64,000 nt of DNA from Eledone cirrhosa (lineage: Eukaryota): NCBI GenBank assembly GCA_964016885.1, contig OZ024742.1:101680001-101744000 (forward strand), written 5' to 3'. Of the stretch, positions 41,401 to 50,400 are shown in pieces. Position 1 is the stretch's first letter, and the number at the start of each line of letters is the position of its first letter. Under the pieces are notes generated by a model. That model ran no database searches. It was given only the letters and a program-made list of their open reading frames with translations, and was not told the origin of the DNA. Both the position numbers and the translations under genes were made by a program.

Positions 41401-44400
41401 TATACAATAGTAATTGCAAGACAAAACCAAAAAAAAAATGCACATATCCTAGGAGTACAGAGCTGTGCTTAGTTGTGTAGTGAAATCACAATATCATCAT
41501 CATCGTTTAGCATGGGTTAGACGGGAATTGTCCCACTTGAGCCAAGATTGATCGGGTGATCGTGTCTTGCTCGTATAGGACTGTATCTGGCAGGTTTTCT
41601 ACGGCCGGATGCCCTTCCTAACACCAACCACATTTACAGTGTAGACTGGGAGTCTTTTTACCATGTCTCCTAGACAACCACTTTACAGCATGGACGGGGT
41701 GCTTTTTTTTGTCGTGACACCTACACAACCTCTTTAGTTTGGACTGGATGTTGTGGTACCAACATAACTTTACAGAGAAAGGGTGGTGTTGGTGGGAGTG
41801 GGAGGATGGAGTAGGGGTAGTGGGTTGGGATGTATATTTGGTTAAGAGGTGCCTACTGACTGTAGGTTAACTTTGTACGTAGGGAAGGCGGGTCTTCTGT
41901 ATTACTGCGTAGCGCCAAAGGTCTCGATCCAGTGACATTGTCTTAGAGAGGTGTAAGTATGCAAGGTCGGATTTTATCATGTCGTCCCAAGTTCTTCTGG
42001 GTTTACCTACTCCGTAACTTCCATCAATATAAGGTAGCTAAATAAAAAGAAAACAGGGAGAATAAAATGACTAATTACAACACAAAGTAGGAGTTACATT
42101 GAGTAAAAATCAACAAAAACAATTTATTTTTTCAATAAGTTATGTTATATTTTATATAACACATGTTAAATTTTAAATAGCATATATTTTGAATAACTTG
42201 TATTTTAAATAACACATCCAGCCATTGAAAGCATGCCAAACAAAGGGTCAGAAAGACTTTAATTGAATCAAAGACATGACAACTGTGATCTACATGATAA
42301 ACACACCCAGCACACCCTGTAAAGTGGTTAGTGATAGGAAGAGCATAGAAATCCTTCCAAACAAAGAGTTGGGAGATTCTTTCGGTTGTGTCAAAGACAA
42401 GACAATCTCCTTAGTGCTGGCACTATGATAAAATTCACTCTGTAGAGCATGGGATTGTATGTAAGCAACATGCTAGCCCCTAGCCTATCTGAGAAGTCAG
42501 TAGCCCCTCTTGAGTACTGCAAAGACCCTTCCAACTCTTGCTAGCAAGGAAAATTGGCATTAAATGATGATGATTATGGTGGCATGTTATATTTTGAATA
42601 ACTTATAATTTTATATAACAACTAATATGATTTTAATGATAACACCGTTGTATATGTTTCTTTTTTGTTTTTGTTTTTTCAATAAACCCTTTGTTACATT
42701 TCTAACTCTAATTTCCAGCTAACAATGAAGCTAATCACAATTCAGACATACTTGCAGCTGCTACACAGGCTTATGTTGCAGATTCTGATGATGGCAAGTG
42801 TTTCTTTCATTGTCATACACCTCACTCTTTCTCAACATATCTCTATTTAACCCTTTTCTTAGTGTAATTCTGTGGAGGTGCGTGGCCTAGTGGTAAGGGT
42901 GTTGGATTTACGATCATGATGTGAGTTTGATTCCTGGACTGGGTTGTGTGTTGTGTTCTTGAGCAAAACACTTCATTTCACGTTGCTTCAGTATACTCAG
43001 CTGAAAGTGAGTACCAGCAATAGCTGAGAGTTTAACCCTGAGATGGACTGGTGTCCTGTCCAGGGGGGAGTTGTGTACTCTCAGTTACTTAACACCAAGG
43101 AAACCAGGATAAGCACTGGCCTGATGAGCCTCTGGGCTAGAGACAGACTTTAGACTTTGTGAATTAACTTATATTATTGGAATTAATCTCTCTTGCATGT
43201 TTTTAGATTTTAACCCTTTCATTAAAGTATTTATAAAGAAATGCACTGTATTTGGTTTAATTACTGGAAAATTTGGCAGGCTTTACTTAAGTTATTAATT
43301 ACTTCATTAACATGGTATTTGTAACATAACAAAAGGTAAAATACATATAATGGAAGGTTTTAATTTAAATTAGAACATTTTAAAATGGATTCATAAGATC
43401 AAAATGGGAAGGTTGGTATTAAAAGGGTTAAAACAAAAATGAACATCATCATCATCGTTGTCGAGTCAATATCATCATATATGTGTGCCAAAGAGAAAGC
43501 CTCTACCGGTCACTCAACAAACTAGCCAAATCTCCCTCAAAGCACACCATTCTGTCTTAAAAGATAATGGATGTGTCTGAAAAAAAATCACCGGGTGGCC
43601 ATAACTGGTATAACTCATCATATGTCTACTTAATCTGGCCTCAGATTAAACAACAAACAACAAGAAGCGCTTTAAGGCCATCTTCCCAGCTTTGTGGGCC
43701 CGAATGACAAATTTCTCCATTTCCTCCTACATCATTCTTAGCTATGTCTTTCTTGTTTTTCCCTTTCTTCTGTTTCCTTCTACATTCATTTCCATCATTC
43801 CTCTCACCCAGCTACTTTTATCCTTTCTCTACACATGATCCTACCATCTTATTCCATGTCTCTTCATAACATCCATCTCAGATTTTGTTCCCATCATCCT
43901 GTGCATTCATTGTTTGTCTTTCTCTCTCACCTGCATATGGTGCTCCTTCTGATCATCGTTCAGCAGCTTCGGCATTATCTTCACACAGATCTTCCACATG
44001 CCTTAATCTTCAGTGATAATCTTCCAGACACTATCATGGTTCATGCCCAGCTCACTTGTGATCAGTTGAACAATCAGCCTACGATTGCCACATACGACCT
44101 GCCTCATGTGTTCAATGTTGGCCTCAGTCCTGCTTGTTGAAGTCCTTCCTCTCATGGGGTCGTCTTCCCCCTTTTGTGCCTCTCAAAAACCCATGAGCAC
44201 GACATTGTCTCATCTCCATACACTTGCTGCAGTATTCTGAGTGTTTCTGACAGAGTTTTCCCCAGCCAGACCAGAAACTTCAGGCTGGTTATTGCTCTGT
44301 GTCAATGGCCTAAAATTGAGGTGCTGTTAACAAAAGCACATAAAAAAAATCATACCATGGCTGCAGAACGCTGAGATCACAGTTATATATTCCCTGGATA

Positions 44401-47400
44401 TTATGTCACACAGTGATGCAATCGGCTAATCCCTACCACACTCAGAGCTCACAAAGCACACTAAGTCCTGTTACTTTTCTGACACACCTTATAACTTCAT
44501 CTTCTCTGGCTGTTATTACAATTTCTTTCCATGTGCCCTGTTTTAGACATTCAGACTTTCATCCATTATATAATCTATAAATGCAGCATGGCTGAAAATC
44601 ATTAAAAAATTGAAGGCATTTGATAAAATAAATAACATTTTCGTTAATAAGTTAATGTTTAGAACATCATCACCATCATCGTTTTATGTCCATTTTTCGG
44701 TGCTTAGACAGGTCCTTTCCAGCACAGCATCTCTCCACTCATCGCAATCCTTTGTCAACCCAACTGTGAGATTCAGTAATTTCAGATCAGCTGTCATAAC
44801 TTCTGCCCAAATCTTCCTTGGCCTCCCTTACACTAGGTGTGGCCCAACAATCATCATTCATATACATTACATGATATTACTTGACAAAAATTTCTTTTAA
44901 AATAATTTGTTTGAAGGTTTTATCATAAATATGAATATCATAAAATGAAGAGGTTTGTATAGTAAAACTAAGATGGTTTGGTATCAAAAGGGTGAGGAGT
45001 AAATTGTTTTGGGGGTCTAGATTCATACCAGTGACATAACATGAACAGGTAACCACTTTGTTCATTATCTATTACTCAGTCATTATGTTGGTAGAAAATA
45101 TTTTATTGGTTTTAGTGTATATCATTCCACCATCTGGCAGAGAATTGGCAGAGTCGTTAGAATGTTGGATAGAATGCTTTGGGATATTTGTTCTGGCTTT
45201 CTCTTTTCTGCGTTCAAAACCTGCTGTGGTCAACTTTACCTTTCATCATTTTGAGGACAATAAAAATTTACTGGGTTGATTCTTGTTCTGTGTCTCTTGC
45301 TCACTTCCTCTTTCACTCACTCTCTCTCCTTTGAAAGAATTCGGTTTTGTTCAAACGTGGAGAAGGAATGAGCTTGGCCAGGTTAAAAATGTCCATGGTG
45401 AGCTCTACAACTCCATCAGGTGTTACAAGTTCATACATACATCTCACCATCATCTAAGTACTGCTTTCACTGTAAGTTTGATGTAACACAGGGTCTTTCT
45501 TTTCTTTCTTACATATATGATTACAGAAGCTGCTTCAGAAGAATATGATGATACTGAAAACCCCATATTTGTTGCTGATACTCAACCTCAAGTAAGCTAT
45601 CATTTAGTTATTAAAAAAAATGTTTGTTTGTTCATTTTAATGCTTTTAAAATTTGTTGTACCATGTTATCATGGGTTGGCTGTCTTTGAAAATTTAGACT
45701 TTAGTAAAGATTGTTTGAATTTGCATAGCCTTATTCCCACTACTTGGAGTTGCTTTTCAAAGCCTTTTATCATCATAGCTTTGTTGCAGTAGTATAAGTA
45801 GATGTTCTCCACTGTCCAGTCGATGCCTGTTGTTGTATCGTCAGATGATTAAGAAGTTTGCATTGCAATCATCAAGTTTCAAGTTCAGTCTCACTGCATG
45901 ACATCTTAAATAAGTGTCTTTTATCATAACCTTTGAAAAAAATGTAATACTGGATGTACTGTTATCCAGAATTTAAAATGTTATATCAAAACTGGAGTGA
46001 TTGGGTAGAGAGAATACCTTGGGGATAGACGAGTACACTGGATCCCACCTGATTCTCAATTTTGACTTCAGGACATTTTTCCAGTCACACCTCGATAACT
46101 ACTTCTGCTGGCAGACTAAAGAAAGTGAGGAAAGTATATAAAACAATTTTAAAATCAAACTATAGCTGATTTCTATCAATAGAGAAACAATATGTAAGTC
46201 TACTGTTTAAATGTATTGACAAATGTGACATTATTTAGCTGATCAGAGCAGTGAGACATCAGTCCTATCTAATACTATATATTCTACTCTTTGTATTGTA
46301 CTATGTCATTAGCATTGGTCAAGGATATTTAACTGTAAATATGTACCATGGATACATACAGTTATCCACTGTAGGTAGTAAAACTGCTCTGTATTCTAGT
46401 ATTTCATGACCCTGTTGTACCAAGTTTAAATCCTCTTGTGGGCCTGGTAAAGACTGATGAAACAATGTCAGTGTATCTTCTGTTCAATCACTACATCATC
46501 AGTGATGTTGTATCACTGGTTTATGACAGATTACACAATTACACAAATAAATGAAAGATGTCTATAAATAGGGAGACACAAAGCAGGTTTTGTTTAGCAA
46601 ATTTGAAAATTAGGTAGTAACATATGCTTACTCTGCATTTGACTAAATAGAATTAGTCTGTTAGTTGGGATTTAAAAAAACCCTTTCAATGGAAAAAGGA
46701 TGAGTATTGATGTACATGGGACACAAACCCAAATCTTTGGTTTGCCGGACCAATGTGTTACCATTACACCAACAGGTCGCCCATGTCTCCTTCCATTCAA
46801 TTAGAAGCTATGTAACCATAGCAGGTGGAATGAAATATGGGTGGTATGTTGGTATAATGGTACACATTGGCCCGGCAAATCAAAGATGTGGGTTTATGTC
46901 CCATGTACGTCAATACTCATCCTTTTTTCTATTCAGAGGTTTTTTTTTAAATCCCAACTAATAGAGTAATTCTATTTAGTCAAATACGGCTTAAGCACAT
47001 GTTACTACCTAAATGAAAAATGTTTTAGGATGCAGCTTTACCTTCTCTTTTATTATAATTTCTAATTTGTCAAAGATCAGAATGTCATATTTATTTTATT
47101 TTATTAACTTATGTTTCATATATCAGAAAACTAATAGTTTTTCAATATTTATATATTCTAGACCCCAAGTTCAAACAATAGTATTCCTGAATATTTGCAA
47201 ACTGAATCAGATAAACTCCAGCTAAATTCTCCCCCATCCTCTCAATCTCCAACTGTCTCTATTGCTGAGGGAAGTAAAACGAAGACTTCACCTGAAAAGC
47301 CTATTAATAATAAACCAGAGGAGAAATTAGATGATGCTCTCTTTTGTATGTCTACCTATAAGGATGATATTGAAAGGACTAATACAGAATTGGACCCTGT

Positions 47401-50400
47401 TAACAAGTCACCTGAAACAGAACCATTTACTAGCACAGCTTATGAGACACTTGCCGAAAGTTTTCAAAAGTCAGACAAATCCAAAAACGAGAACATTAGC
47501 ACATCATCAGTTCCTGATAACAAGACACCTGGAAGCAAATCATCTGCGACCATCACCAAATCTACTGTATCCAGTCCAATTAAAGATACCATTCCTTTGG
47601 GGACAATTCAGGAACTGCCAATACCTGCAGATAAAATGAACACAAGTACTCCTGTTAAAGATACTGTGCCTCTGATGGATACAGTTGAAGTTATGGAGGA
47701 AACCAAATCAGAAAAGCAATCACAAGTTGCCGAGTCATTGAAAACTGTGCCAATTGAAACAGTCTCTGACACAGTATGTGTTCAGGTAGATGAAACGGAA
47801 GCAATTTCTCCCACAAAAGGGCAAACAGCGATAATCAATCCAGATTTATCTACTCCAGTCAGCAGCCCTAAAGTTGTCTGTAACACTGATTATAATGAAA
47901 ATGACCGTTTAGATGCTACACAGCCATATATACTAGAAAGTAGCTTTAGTTCACCAAAAACTAAGCAGTTGTTACCATCTACACCTAGAAGCAATATTGA
48001 TGACAAAACTCAACCTTTACGACAAAGTTGTGGTCTTGATGTTGAAACAGCAGGTGGCAGTTGTAGCGCTTCAAAAGGGAATACACCTGTGAAAAATAAT
48101 CAAACTAAATCACCTGCTCAAACTCCGAAAAGATCAAGAGCACATAGTGTTTCCTCTGATGAAGAATCTATAGCTGGGACAGATGAACCAATCTTTAAAG
48201 ACAAACCTGTCTTAGAAAATCTCACCAGTGACAAATCAAATAACATTGAGCAAAGTATCTCCAGTACAATCAATACAATGTCTGGAGACCTTTTTAATTC
48301 TGGTAAATCATCATTACAGGCAACCCCCTCAACAGCGCCCTGTGCCTCTAATGTCACTGAGGCAAAGGGTTCTGGTGAACCAAATACTGTTGAATTAGAG
48401 TCATTAGACGCTGCTGTGATAGAACAGGCAGGTAAGTTTGCACCAGTCAAAAATGATTTATTGTCTTCAGCACACTGATGATGGTGGAAGTAGTGATCAT
48501 CATCATCATCATAGCCACCTTAAAGGATGGACTAAATGCTTTTTCTTGTTGTGATACCAGTACAACCACCTTACAGGGTGTTCACTCTGTTAATTCGCTG
48601 CCTATCATCATCATCATTTAATGTCTATTTTTTCCACACTTGCATGGGTTAGACAGGTTGTCGCATTATGAGACAAGTTAGGTCCGAAGACCACATCACA
48701 CTCATATGGATCTGTATTTTGGCTAGATTGCCCTTCCTAATGCCAACCGTGTTGTAGTGTGGACTGGGTGTTTTTTATTGTGGCACTGTATTGACCATCT
48801 AACAGTGTGTACTTGGTGCTTTTTGTTGTCACCAGCACAACCACCTTACAGGGTGGACTGGGTGTTTCTTCTCATGTCACCAACATGACTACCTTACAGG
48901 ATAGACTTAGTGCTTTTGTTGTTGTGACACTGAGTCAGCATACAGGGTGGACTTAGAGCTTTTTATCATGGCAATGGTATTGTGGGAAATCAATATTTTA
49001 AATATCTCTTTTACGATGTAATTGTTTTAGCTTCAGCATCCAATTTCATATCAAGTAACCTGCTAAATACGTACAATTTTAAAATGGTTCTGGGTTTGAC
49101 ACCTCTGGTTGACACCTTGGGCAAGTGTCTTTTGGCCAAGGCCTTTGGTCAACTCAAAGCTTTTGAGTGAAATTTGATAAACATAAACCTTGTAATTCAA
49201 AGGTCATGCGTTGTTACACATTGTGTCATGCTAGTTCTGCTGGAGATTTATATGAATGTTACATGTGTCTGTGGAATACTCTATCAGTTACACTATAATT
49301 CAGTGAATATAAAGTTCCACTGACCAAACACAACTGGAATACTCATTGAAATCAATGAAGGATTCATACAGACTTGACTGATTAATATATTATGATGTAC
49401 AGTGCTGGATTTACCATTGTGCTTTGGTGTGCTTAAGCACAGGGCCCCATTGGGTAGAGGAATCTTCCTGCCAAAAGAGTTTTTACAATGTATTTTCCAA
49501 GTAAGGGACCTCATGTATTAGTCAAATGTATAAAATACGAGGTTGATAAACCAAATAATCTCAAAAGTATAGACTATTTGTTTCCGGTTTTATTTCTCAA
49601 TAATAAATACATGTTAAATATTTAAAAACTTTTAAATGATTTCATGATATAATTTTTTATATTTATATATTTATTTTAGATTTGGAAACCAGAGCATCAA
49701 AACAACCTAATGTAAGTTTCCTTGACTGTTTTATTATACAATCATTATGTCTCAGGTTTAATCTTACTGCTTGACACCTGGGACAAATGTCATTTACCAT
49801 AGTCTTGGGTTGACCCATCTCTTATGAGCAAAAGTGGGTAATCAGAAACTGTTTGGAAGCCAGCCCATTGGCTGGACAGTACCTGTAATTAAAAGGGCCA
49901 ACCATGTCACACATTGTGTCATGCTGATTCTCCCTAGGAATTACATTAATGTACACATGTCTGTGGAATGCTCAGTTACTTACATGTTAGCTTCATCAGT
50001 AGGATGTTGATCAAACAGCTGGAACACTGATCAGGACTTGTTATATCATGAACACTGGTATCACAAAAGTCTTCACCTTTAGGTTTACTCATATCACATT
50101 CTGAACAATAAGACACATTAATTCTCGTCCAGGCCTTCTTTTTAACTCTAGTTAAGACTTATAGGGTCAATCCAGTGATATTTTTTCTTAATGGTAGAAT
50201 ATAAAGAAGATACTGCAAGCGAAAGGTGTCATCTATTTCAAACAACCATAGTTTTAATATCCCTTATGTATAATACTTCAATAAAGGGCGAAGTGTGACA
50301 ACCTCCATAGTGCTGGTGCAATGATAAAATGCATTCGGTAGAGTACAGGAATGTGTGTAAGTGAGGTTCAAGACCCTGGCCCATCTGAGAGGTGAATTGG

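Noticed and set aside
37420-43158. tRNA genes (A/B boxes)
   Set aside because: The boxes are heads of multi-copy SINEs followed by core and tail; no complete cloverleaf is evident.
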